NCBI GenBank assembly: GCA_023920165.1
Contig: CP089275.1
Location: forward strand, 4,526,001 to 4,590,000
Length of the DNA stretch: 64,000 nucleotides
From: Curvularia clavata
Taxonomy: Eukaryota
Reading direction: 5' to 3'
A program made the position numbers and the translations under genes. The notes under the pieces are model-generated. The model was not told the origin of the DNA, did no database searches, and saw only the letters and a list, made by a program, of their open reading frames with translations. Shown here piece by piece: positions 50,513 through 64,000 of this stretch; position 1 is the first letter of the stretch, and each line of letters begins with the position of its first letter.

Positions 50513-51765
50513 GGCTCGTGATAGTAGTTGGGAAGAGATGGGATGCTTGGGTGGCTGGCGTCGGGCGGCAGAAGAAAGTTGTGGAGAAGTTGAGGGTCAA
50601 TTGGAGAGACGAGGGGCCCAAGTAGGCGCGGCGTCGAGTTGAGCCTCGAAGTTAGCGGGGCACTTTCACCGCTCCAGCAGCCCCAAAGCGGCTAAAGCGC
50701 ATGGTTCCTGGCGGGGCCTGCCGTGGCGCTGGGTGGTCGGTGGACCCTTTTGATACGTCGCAAGCCGTCCAGACTTGTCTGCGACACGAGTGCATGGCAA
50801 AGACAAAAGGCGGCACCTTCGCTGACGGCCTCGATGTCTCACAGCCGCGCATGGACGTGACCCCGCCCGTTCACAGACAAAGAAAAAGAAACCCTCAAGC
50901 TGCCCGCCGCATCGGGCTGTAGCATGTCGCCGCAAACGTGCCGGGGCAGCTCTACACCGTGATGTGTTTAGTGCAGTCGATGTAGTCGGTGACAGTAAAC
51001 AGCCAGTTGCAGTTAGTTGCAGTCCATGGCATTCAGTCGCAGGCAGCCTGTGGCTATTGTCTCGGATACATCATCTGGATACAGTCCAACTACGGTATGC
51101 AGGCCATCGGCATCGGTTGCTTGGGAGGATAGTGCACGCAGCTGGCTCGCTTTGTTCTGTTGCTTCACCTTTGTCGACCGATGTCGGGGAAGTGAATGAG
51201 CTGACACTGGAACAGAGCAGCACCCCAGTGCAATTTGACGTGACCGGGTCCGTGAGCGATTGATTGACCGCATGCGTTACAAGCACGGAGATGTGAGAGG
51301 GATTGGATGCTGTCTTGCAGGCGATGAGAGGGAGCTTGCTAGTAGCGCGTCATGGTAAGACAGCACAACGCGTGAGTTTGCCGTCCCTTCCCATTCCCAA
51401 AGCAGCGCGTGGGAGGAGGGCGATGCCGCGAGCCAATCGGCAGCAAAAAAAAGAATAAGCATTCAAACGAGACGAATTGGGCCATAGCGAAATTCGATGA
51501 GGGCGACGACATTGCCCGGGGGCTGGGCTGGGCGCTGGCGGCGCTAGTGCACAGGGATAGTGCCCCCATCGCTCCTTGCCTTTACTGTCCGTCCGCCTCT
51601 GTCGCATCCACGCAGTCTTTCATCACAATCACGTCGATCGCGCGCGCGCATAACACGTAGTCTTATTTCGTCCGACCTCTTCGCGACATCCTCTGCGCTG
51701 CGCGCCGCACGTCGCCTACATCCATTGTAATATCCTTCTACACGACAAATCCATCCGTCGCCAAA

Positions 51766-53307
51766 ATGGTTGTTGATCGCGTTCTGCCCGAGAGGAGGAA
51801 CCCTCTGCTCGAGCCCACCGACTCGACGGCTGGTACGTACACGCCACCCATCTCGTCCCATCTCCCTGCGCGACTAACGAGCCTGCGCAGTCGAAATTCT
51901 CATTGAGAGACGCCGCTTGGGACAGACAAACCTGGGCGTCAAGGCTGGTGCCGCGGGCATCACAAACGCGACAAAGCCCGAGAACATGGGGACTTTCGAT
52001 TACGCGCACCTTCGGGTTCCGTTGCCAAAAGACCTCACAGGATCCGGCATCTTTTCGCGAAACCGCATGGCCGCTTACCCAGAGTCCTATTTCTTGATGG
52101 TACGCCATGCAAAACAATCAACCAGCGCATTGCCGTGAGCGCAGGCAGCGACTAACGCGACAAACAGCGACGCAGTAGCGACGGCTACATCAGCGCAACC
52201 GGAATGTTCAAGGCTGCGTTCCCATGGGCTTCGCTCCAGGAAGAAGAACTCGAGCGCAAGTACCAGAAGACATTTCCTTCTGCCGGCGCTGAAGAGGTAG
52301 CCGGAAGCGTGTGGATTGCGCCAGAGGAGGGTAAGTTTTTTCCTTCACTTGCTAATTTGCGCGTTCTGAAGCTGACACGATTCACTTAGCTCTTGCCCTG
52401 TCTGAGGAATACTCCATGCGCCACTGGATAGAGGCGCTCCTCGACCCCGCGCCCATCGAAAAGGGCAACAAGGACAAGTCCAACACCCATATCCAAATGC
52501 CTCCGAGATTTGATGTTAAGAACGCTCAACCCGCTGTTCTTCCCACACCTGGCCTTCGCGCGACTCGCGCGCGCTCCGCCCGATCGGTCTCACCTGGCAA
52601 GGCCATGACTCCGGGCCGCAAGTATGCCACTCCACGCAAGCCCCGCACCACAAGGAGTGCTGCGAAGCCAGATGCAGACGATGTTTTCAGGCCTATTGAA
52701 GCCGTTACCCCATCAACTGCGCTTCAAAACAGCATCGCTAAACACTCCACACCGGCGGAATCAATTACGTCATCGGTTGAGGGTGAGGTGAAGGAGATAG
52801 AACAAGAAGTCGAGAAGGCGCTCGATGCTGTGACCAAGCCAGAACCAGAGCGCGAGGTTCAGGAGGGTACTGTTCACATTGAAGTGCAACAAACCGTTGA
52901 GACGAACGGTGACACAGAGAAGACAAGCACTAGTGTAACAGTCGATGTGCCCCATGATCACGCTGCGCTCCCAGAGCCAGAAGACCCGACGGCTATGATT
53001 GAAGAAGCCAAGCGTATGGTTGCTGAGGCGCAAAGACTGGAAGGCGGTTCGCCTTCTCTCGTCGCCCGAACAACGAAGCGCGGAATCGAGGACGTCCTAG
53101 ATGAGCAGGACTTGGCCGAGGAGCGCCTGAACAAGCTTGCAAAGGTTGCGTACACAACTGAGCAGAAAATGACAAAGGAAAAGGTCACACGGAGAGCACT
53201 TGTCGGTTTGGGAGTCATGGCAGCCATTGGGTAAGTCTACGAAAACTCGCATCAAGTGCGCACCAGCTAATACTCTCAACAGAACGGCCTTCCAATACTT
53301 TGTATAG
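51766..53307 (+). CDS. bqt4: Bqt4-like APSES/KilA-N inner nuclear membrane protein with C-terminal TM anchor
   Basis: YFLM|RRSSDGYISATGMFKAAFPWA..GSVWIAPEEALALSEEY (APSES-like), and a tail anchor RRALVGLGVMAAIGTAFQYFV*; four introns. Confidence 0.82.
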
Positions 53308-53974
53308 TGACATTGTTATATCCCTGGTTTTCATCTCGCTTTTTCTTTTCTCCTCTTTATTTAAACGAACATTCCAGCGCCATGTGTCTTGGGTTTTACT
53401 TTTGGGGGTTTCGCTCGGATTCGTTGGAATGTTTAACCCTCCGCCCCTCCTTCTCTCTTGGAGAGAAGATACCATAACCACGTTTTTTCTCCAAATGTAC
53501 TACTTTTTCTCCCTCTCTTTGCTTTTCCACTCCACGGCGTATAGGAGGGAAAGAGGCTTTCTGTGATCTAGTGTTATGTACGTCGTCCGCCTCCTTTAGC
53601 ATATGATGGGTATGTATGGGGCTCATGGTAATTGTTTTCTAGTCCGCACCTGCACTTGTAGTAAGAGTGTCGTAGCTGCGCCTGCGCCTGCATCCTACGT
53701 AAACTTCAGGGCCCAAATAAAACTCGCAGCTATAGAACTTGTCTTCTCCAATCTCATTTCATTCAGGTTCACCCCAATCAACAAACTAACATGTTATCAA
53801 GGCGCCAATTGCTCCGCTTCACAGGCTGCTAGTATCAGCCCGTGTCGTCAGCAGCAGTAGCACCAGCAGCCCACAACCCCATCCTACATTATAGTAAAAC
53901 TACTACTTTCAAAAGTATTTGTGCTTGCTACAGTAATCTCTCACCCTCTCCCCGAAAACGACCAGGACAAAACC

Positions 53975-56211
53975 TCATATACCCTTACTTCCCCCTTCAC
54001 CAGCCAACTCACCCACCTTCCGCACTGCCTCTTCGTAATCATCAAAGGCATATATCGGCAGTTTCGCCTCGGCCAACACCTTCTGTCCCAGTTCCTCATT
54101 CGTCCCCCTCAAGCGTACCACCACCGGCTTCTCAACCCCGACATCTCGAAACGCGAGTATGATCCCTTCGGCAATCATATCGCAAAGCGTGAGCCCACCA
54201 AAGATATTCACAAAGACGACGCTGACACGGGGATCAGCGAGAAGCAGCTTGAAACTCGTTTTGATGGTCGCAGACGTGGCTTTACCGCCTGTGTCGAGGA
54301 AGTTTGCAGCAGACGTGGATGAGGGTGGGGAAGAGAGGCGCGAGGCAAGAGTGTCGATGGTGTTGAGGGCGAGGCCTGCGCCGTTGACGAGAGTGCCAAC
54401 CAGGTTTTTGGGCTTTGGTGAAGACGAGGATGATTCGAGTGGTATGTATACGATCCCAGCTTCTTCTGCTTCGCGGTCGGCGGCAGTGAGGGCTGTCTCG
54501 TCACGTAGGGCGTGCAGGTCGACTTGTCGCTTTGCGGATTTGAAGGCTGCGTCGTCGAAGAAGAGGTAAGGGTCGTAGAAGAGGAGCTCGTCGCTTGAGA
54601 CTGATAGGGCGAGCTTGAGGTGGGCGTCTATGGCTTCGTGGGTTGTGTACAGGTTCCAGAGATTGTGGATAGCTTGCACGAGTTGAGATTTGGACTTGGG
54701 TGGGAGAGCGGAGAGTTGCATGTGGGCGGTTGCGGCAGCGATGGCGGACGGGCTGGGGCCGGTGCGGTAGTCGAAGGGGAAGCGGCGAACACGGTGGGAC
54801 AGTTGAGAGGATTCGGCTGTCGGAGCGGCGATGATGGAGGGAGAGCGGGCGGAGCGGGCGGGGGAAATTCCCAGGTAGTGGGTTGACGGGGAGCCTTCTG
54901 GGGGAATGCCAAGGTCGATGCCAAATGATTCAAGAAGCTTTGTCGATTGTTCTTTTGTGAGGTGGAGTGAGCGTGTTTGCAGAGATGGGCCCGATGAAGA
55001 GGAACTTAGAACAACAGGCCTTCTCCTCAGAGATGTATGATAGGAGCGGCGTTGCTGGGCTGCTGACTTTTCCTGGAAGCTGTCAGCACATGCAGAGTAC
55101 ATGCGTTTTTTTTCCCGAAGGTATGAGCCTACAATTTTTCTTACGTTGCGACCAGACTTTGCAAGAATATCTTTCATCACTCCCCCAAACTTTGCTGGGT
55201 GATCAACCATGGTCACGCCAGCACTCTCCAAGGCCTTGTATTTTGACGCGGCAGTGCCTTCTCCAAGGCCTACCCAAGCTCCAGCATGGCCCATAACCTT
55301 GCCGGATGGTGCTTGGAAACCTCCAATGACAGCGGCAATTGGTTTGGGATTTTGAGCACGCTTTCTGTAGTCTCTAATCCAGTCTGCCGCCTCTTCTTCG
55401 GTGGTGCCACCAAGTTCGCCGACGATGATAATAGCCTCTGTATCTTCATCATGCTCAAATACTTTGAGAGCATCCACGAAGTTTGTGCCTGCTATCACGT
55501 CTCCGCCAACTGCAATACATAAACTCTGTCCGAGCCCAGCTCTGGTCAACGAGGCCACAGTCTCGTAGGAGAGTGTCCCGGACTTTGCTACAACGCCAAT
55601 GTGACCGGGGGAAAAGGTGGGCAAGGGTTGAAAGCCAATCCTGCATTTTCCAATGGCCGAGATTATACCTGGGGCATTTGCGCCTACAAGTCGTGATTTT
55701 GACTGGGATTGTAGCATGGAGTGGATCTCGTGGATATGTCAGCCTTTGTTTCTAAAATGTTGTCTGGAACTATGTTACTCACTCTCATCATGTCATGGAG
55801 TGGTATGTGTTCAGCCACGGCAACGATAAGCGGCACCTCTGCCTCTATTGCTTCTTCAATTGCAGCAGTTGCTTGATGAGCAGCAACGTAGATTCCCGTG
55901 GCATCGGGCTTGAGTTGCTCCATGGCTGCTCTTACCGAGGGCAGAACGGGCAGTCCCAGATGCTCTCCTGAGCCATTGGGCTTCACACCGCCGACTACGT
56001 TTGTCCCCCATTCTATCGACTCTTTTGCATTGGCTGTAGCCTGCTTGCCTGTGAATCCCTGGAAGATGACACGGGTGTGGGAGCCAATCTTGAGGTTGTG
56101 GATGGTATGGTCGTAGTTTGTGCGCTTGGCTGTGGTAGAAAACAAGGCTTGCCGTATCCGGTGCCCAGGGCTCCGTAGCCTACACAGGGTGTGTGCCTGG
56201 GGACAGATCAT
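53975..56211 (-). CDS. Succinyl-CoA synthetase alpha subunit fused to a degenerate beta subunit (mitochondrial)
   Basis: Alpha: VIFQGFTGKQAT, EHIPLHDM, KSGTLSYE, GELGG, MGHAGA. Beta: GTLVNGAGLA, ANFLDTGG, VNIFGG, VVVRLRGTN. Introns 55727-55782 and 55073-55132; presequence-like N-terminus. Confidence 0.9.
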
Positions 56212-57258
56212 GGTAGATGTGACGTGACGAAGGGTGAACGTGCGTCTTCAAGTACGCGTCATGGAATGATTGGCTGGCAGCTGGGACAAGAAGAGTTACA
56301 CAAACCAGTCCGAGCCAGACTCCTGTTGCATGCGGCCAGGTGTCTAAGAAGCGTCTTCCAAGTTTACCGTCTCAATGCCTCTCGCAGTTTGAGATGGTGT
56401 ATGTAGTCTTTCTTCAACTTGGCGCCATGTGCCTGAGTAGCCGATGCGCACTGGGCGGCGGTTGTATGCAAGTAGCCGACAGTACCCCTCATCCTCATGC
56501 ACCCGGTCCTCGGAGCTTGTCGGGAGGCGCCCTTAGACGTCGGCACACATGCCAGGTCGCATGTCTAGTATGCATGGTATTATTTTTCCCGCTTGTACCA
56601 CGAGGAGCCCTGCATGATGACAGCGAGAGCCGCCTTGGGCAGACATGGGCTCCTTTGCGTCTACTGGGAACTCGTCGGTGGCGCTGGTCTCGTCAGGATA
56701 GTCGTCTTTCCGGCTGCGAAACAAACGAGCACATGTATTTTATTTCTCGATGCCTCGGCTGGCTGCGGAATGCTGGATTGTGGGCGGGCATCGGATTCAT
56801 GTGTGGTGCAAGTTCCTTGCATGCTTACCCCGGATCCACGGGAGTGGGTCGCGTGACGTTGCTGGCGGTGACTCGCGTGGTCCCTTCGACATCATCCGCC
56901 AGCTGAATCAGGACATTCACAGCCCCCGCGACCTCGTCCACCGCCTCCTACTCGTCCACGCTACCCGCTAACTCTGGCACGGGGCCTGGCCATCATCATC
57001 GACACTGTCATGATGAGCCGCGACGGGTCATGGCGCGGAAGCGGGACGAGTCGAACGACATTATGCCCCGACGGCCCTTTATGTCTTTGGCCGTTTGCCC
57101 ATGCCCGGTTCTTGTTGTATCGCCCTTCTTTTTTCTTGTTTCTTCTTCCTGACGACTGTGACTTTGTGGGGCCTGGATGTGAGCTGCTAACAAAACTACT
57201 CTTCCTTCCCGTCACTAGCTCAACTACCCAAATCCCGTGGGCCTCCTAGGCAGTCATC

Positions 57259-58881
57259 ATGCTTCCTCACCTGCTCCTCCTTGCCGGCCTCGTCCCCTGC
57301 GCCTACACATTATCAATACCACGTCTTCCTTCTCTTGCAAGCTTCGCTGCTGCAGGCCGCTGGCAACAACAGGAGCCGCTTCAAGACACTCTTGATGCCT
57401 GGATACAACACGAAGAGCGCATTGCGCTAGAAAAGCTGCTCGCCAACGTTGCGCCTGGAGGCAGAAATGTCCAAGGCAAAGGTGTGGCTGAGGGCACAGT
57501 CGTTGCGAGCCCCTCTCAAGATGGCCCCGATTACTGGTTTCAATGTAAGTATCTCAACAACGTCATCTGCAACGCGTGCTAATTGTCACAAGGGGTCCGC
57601 GACGCTGCCATCACCATGGATACCCTCGTCCATGTCTACGCTGACGACCCCTCGTCTTCGCGCGCATCTGCTCTGTCCATTATCCTTGATGCATACACCT
57701 CCCTCCAAAGCGAAATTCAGCACACTTCAAACCCGTCGGGTACATTCGACGACCTCTCTGGATTAGGTGAGCCCAAGTTCCGCGTGGACGGAAAGCCATT
57801 CACCGGTTCGTGGGGAAGACCACAACGCGACGGGCCAGCTCTCCGCGCACTGACGCTCATGCACTACCTCCGTGAATACAATGCATCACATCCTTCGTTG
57901 TGGAGCTCTCCCAACTCGGAGGACTTTTTTGGGACTTTTTATACTGCCGAGATGCCTCCGCGCAGTATCATCAAAGCAGATCTCGAGTACGTGAGCCACT
58001 TCTGGAACCAGTCTGGATTCGACCTCTGGGAAGAAGTTGAGGGTCTGCATTTCTTCACCCTCATGGTCAGCGCCAGAAGTCTGAGGGAAGGCAGTCATCT
58101 TGCAAGATCCTTTGGCGATGCAGGTGCGGCAGATTGGTACCAAGAACAAGCTGGGTACGCTGAGAACCTGTTGCGCAAGTTCTGGAATGCACAAAAGGGA
58201 CATCTCGTTGAGACGCTATGGAGCAAGAGGAGCGGTCTGGACTGTGGATTGCTTCTTGGCTCTTTGCACGCCCTTCCCAAGACCGCATCTGAGGATCATG
58301 CTGTCTATCCGCCATGGTCGGATGAGATTCTGATTTCCCTCCTCGCTTTGACTCGCGATCAGCGTGACCGTTTCCCCATCAACAGCAGCCCAGCCGACCA
58401 AGACGACGAAGACGAGGTGGATGAAACATCGTTTCAAGGAACGGGCATTGGCCGCTACCCTGAAGATGTATACGATGGTTACGGAAACTCGAATCGTGGT
58501 GGAAACCCATGGTTCCTATGCACATCCTCTGCCGCTGAGATCCTATACCGCACTGCGTCGCACATAATATCCACCGGTAGTTTGACCATTACACCGGTCG
58601 GTCTTCCCTTTTACGAATCGCTTCTTGCTAGCTCCACTCTTGACGTCGACCTCGGTACCTTTGGCCCTTCTGATGCCCTCTTCCACTCGGTCATCGAGCG
58701 CCTACAGAGTGCCGGTGACGAGTTTCTCCAAGTCGTGAAGACACATGTTGATACCGAAGGCAGCATGAGTGAGCAATTTGACCGGGTGACTGGGTACATG
58801 AGGGGCGCCGAAGATTTGACCTGGAGTTACGGTGCTTTCCTGCAGGCTGCTAGAGCTCGAAAGATCTCTATGCAGCCCTGA
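57259..58881 (+). CDS. GH15 glucoamylase without starch-binding domain
   Basis: Signal peptide; VASPS, YWFQW|VRDAA, LGEPKF, WGRPQRDGPALRA, FDLWEEV, IGRYPEDVYDG, SEQFDR and DLTWSYG; the protein ends without a CBM20. Confidence 0.93.
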
Positions 58882-59441
58882 TATGCTTTGAAAGGACTCA
58901 TCTCTTATTCTTTTTTTTTCTGTTTTTCGGTCAAATAAAAAAATGACTTCACGATTTTTACGACTGGAATCACGACCTACCAATTAGCATGGAGTTTGGA
59001 ACCTTTTTTGGAAGCATCACGGCATGCAGTGCTATATACCCTCGCTTTGAATCAATGACTATTTTTTTTTTCTCTACCTTTTTTCCACAACTCTGATTGT
59101 GGCAATCTACAGCTGGAATTATCCGTGAATCCTCATATCCATCTTCGCCCCCTTGAAATCGTATGCACCCCCTTCTGTCAGACTTCAACAACTTTTGTCC
59201 TACTACATCTTCTACTTACGTATCAGCTCCTACGCACAATAGGGACAAAGACCCTCCTTTGTAGTCACTTCTTTAGGCGCGCCAGGGCATGGCTTCTGAC
59301 CCAACGTACGGCGGACGTCTTTGCAGAGGTCAAATGGGGCATCAATCGTGTGCTTGCATGCCGTGAAGTAGTGTTGGTTGGCCTTGCACATGATGGGTGA
59401 AGTTTACAGTATGGAAAATGGAGGAGTGTTTTCTTTTGCTG

Positions 59442-59588
59442 GTTGGTTGTTAGTTGTTGGTTGTTAGTTGTTGGTTGTTAGTTGTTGGTTGTTAGTTGTT
59501 GGTTGTTAGTTGTTGGTTGTTGGTTGTTGGTTGTTGGTTGTTGGTTGTTGGTTGTTGGTTGTTGGTTGTTGGTTGTTGGAGTTGTTGG
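59442..59588. repeat. Heptanucleotide microsatellite (GTTGGTT/GTTAGTT), about 20 units
   Basis: Directly visible tandem array. Confidence 0.95.
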
Positions 59589-59669
59589 GATTGATTCTTG
59601 TGTTTGGTTGTTTCGAGAAATGGGGTGTATGTAGATGGAGGTTTCTTATACTGGTGATGATGGTATGAT

Positions 59670-59741
59670 TGTATAGACATTGTGGTGTAGTGCTGTGTAA
59701 ACATTATGGTATGGTGTTGTATAGACATTGTGGTGTGGTGT
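59670..59741. repeat. Three-copy 24-bp minisatellite
   Basis: tgtatagacattgtggtgtagtgc / tgtgtaaacattatggtatggtgt / tgtatagacattgtggtgtggtgt. Confidence 0.85.
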
Positions 59742-60589
59742 GGTGTTAAGGTTTTCACAGTGCACATATGAAGAGGGCTAGAAGAAGAGCTTGTTCACAG
59801 TGCTTAATCGAGTTGTAATGAAGCTACAAAAAGTGTGTTTTAGCCTTGGAGACATGAAAGGCTTTTCTTGTGAAAAGCATCGTCTTTCTGCCTTTAATCT
59901 AGAAAAGTGAATCCTAAGGGAGCACGACGGTTTTCTCGTTATGGTGAGAAGGCTTCGAACTAGCATAAATTTACAAGAAGAGTAAATTCTACTATTAGAT
60001 ACCAAGGTGGCTATCGTTTCTCAGTTCTCTCATGTCCTCGAGCAATTGTCGAACAAAAAGGAGCTAGCAAGAGCACCGATGACTTTTGACAACAAAACTC
60101 GTCACAACACGCAGAAAACAAATGGAAATGGAGCCCTCACAACGAAAGCGGGAGGGCTTGATGGTCCTACTGTGTTGGAAAGGGTTCCCTCTGCCCGTAC
60201 AGCACAATGCCTCAACCATGCAATATCCAACCTGCGCAATATGACCGTTCCAAATTTACACACTCTGTTTCAATCTACGCACAGCCTTTTTCTCACGTCT
60301 TCGTCCTTCATAAACAACAGGTTCAACCAAGCTCCACATACGCAGCATTCTTCCGCCGGGACAAGCCTGGACAAGACATCTTGTACAGTACCAAGAGACT
60401 GGGCGCGCCGGAACGTAATGCTATGTACCCCTCAAATCCGGGGTGCAGGCACTTAGGTAAACTAGTAGGTAGTTACCGTAAACTCACCTTGCGCAATATG
60501 TTGGGTAAATTGTGATTCGTGGGTCAGGCACCCCAAAAATCACCAGCACGCTACAATTCTCCGCATGCCGGCAAGCGGTACGCCTATAA

Positions 60590-62614
<2,025 letters not shown>

Positions 62615-64000
62615 ATTCTTCAAGACTAGCATAGCTTTGAAGGCCTCAAGCAGGGGGTTGGAGACGAAGGGGTGTGGTGCCGGTTGCCTGGTGTGCTAGC
62701 TAAGCTAGTGGCTTCTTTTCTGTATATATTATCGTCGTGGTCTGCGCGCGCTTTGTCTATAGCTTAACAATGTCAAGATCTTGCCATTACTCCTTGAAGG
62801 CTCATCCTGCTTGGTTTGCACGTGAAATGGTGATATCTTGCGACTCTTAATGGATATCGAGAATAGATTGTGCTGACGAGCTGAATTCCCTAAGTTATAA
62901 GTCTCCCGACGAAGACGGGCCCGCTCTGTGTGTGTGTGGATTGCACTCAGCAGAAACTTTTCTGCCTGTAGCAATCACTGATCAAAAAGATGTCCCTTGT
63001 TGATGTGCCAATGTCACAAGCTGCCTTGCGTTTGTTGGACTATTCCTATTTCAGCCACATTCACCTTCACTGCCAAAAAAAAAGACGCAGTAAGAAGCAA
63101 AAATCAAGCGTTTGCCTCTCCCCCCAGCTTTTGATATTTCTTAGAATCGAACAGGGTATCCTTCTAGCTACGACACCGGTATTATTTCTATCCTATAACC
63201 TGTTAGCAGGGGGAGGGGGTTTTGTTTTGGGGGAACCCAGTGTCGTGTTGTGCTAGAAGACCACCCAACTAATGCTGAGAGGAGAGGCTTGCTTGATAGT
63301 AGGACGCAGGATCTTGCAATGTATATATTGCATGACGAGGGGCACTAGGTAGTAGTGAGAGTAACCAAATATCGGGGCGTTTGTAGGGATATGCGAGGTT
63401 ACCGAGCTGCAAACGGATCAACAACTACGGCACCTACAGTCTTTCAGGATAAGTGACGCTTCTATGTCAAACAAGCGGCCAGGCTTGTAGGGTAGTCATG
63501 TATTACCTCGTGTCATGACCACATTGCTGTATTCTCTACACATAACGAATAGTTCGCCAGATGCCAACCAACACCGTGTATCATCACTGCACGACACACA
63601 ATTAGCAGAGGGATTGCATCGAACTAACAACCAAGGCTCATGAAAATGGTAAAATCTCAAGCATTCACCTGGAACCCTTTGGTAAAGTCATATTGCAGAG
63701 CCCACAAATGATTCAACACTCTTCGATGCCTCTGTTAGCCCAAGCCAAAGTCAACAAGCCGTCACAATCAAGCTCAAGAGATAGTACGCAGCCAGGATAA
63801 CAAAACAGGGATCTAATATTCCCGTGGGCTGCGTCGTCGCAATGCTCTCGCCTCCTGTATCAGCGCTTATATATCCGTAGCGCTTGCACTACCATGACAT
63901 GTCAGTCGAGGCCCACACAAGGATAGATGGCGTTGAACAGCACACAAGCGATTCTGGTAACACAAATGAGTGGCTGATAACCCCATATAGTGGTCTAGCA

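Noticed and set aside
59442..59588. Repeat array as telomere or CRISPR
   Set aside because: The unit is GTTGGTT, not TTAGGG; there are no unique spacers or cas genes; it is internal in a eukaryotic chromosome.
59492..59767. 91-aa ORF with QQPTTNN repeats
   Set aside because: It is a translation of the satellite DNA with no independent gene evidence.

Overview
Gene-dense, intron-containing genomic DNA from a filamentous ascomycete. The GH11 xylanase is nearly identical to Cochliobolus carbonum XYL1 as I recall it, which points to Pleosporaceae (Bipolaris/Curvularia/Exserohilum-like). About 24 protein-coding genes are supported: ULA1/NAE1 (truncated at the left edge), RKI1, an AA9 LPMO, a HeLo-like/TPR-like orphan, a Rad5/Uls1-type SNF2-RING ATPase, NirA/NIT-4, VCX1, a Pmp3/Sna3-type protein, a Q/P/Y/G-rich unknown, PPG1, URK1, GID8, ADH1, GT31, a second Zn2Cys6 factor, ASA1, a PTS1-bearing PlsB/GNPAT acyltransferase, AP-3 beta, a conserved unknown, Rho-GDI, Bqt4-like APSES, a succinyl-CoA-synthetase alpha-beta fusion, GH15 glucoamylase and GH11 xylanase. 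Most notable: (1) the SCS alpha-beta fusion has an internal presequence-like linker and a beta half lacking most ATP-grasp motifs; (2) two box C/D snoRNAs sit in GID8 introns, one with a compensated non-canonical C/D pair; (3) RKI1 has an in-frame presequence-like N-terminal extension; (4) a HeLo-like protein lacks a NOD and lies head-to-head with the SNF2 gene. No CRISPR, rRNA, tRNA or intact transposon was recognised. All assignments come from motif recognition by eye, with no database search.
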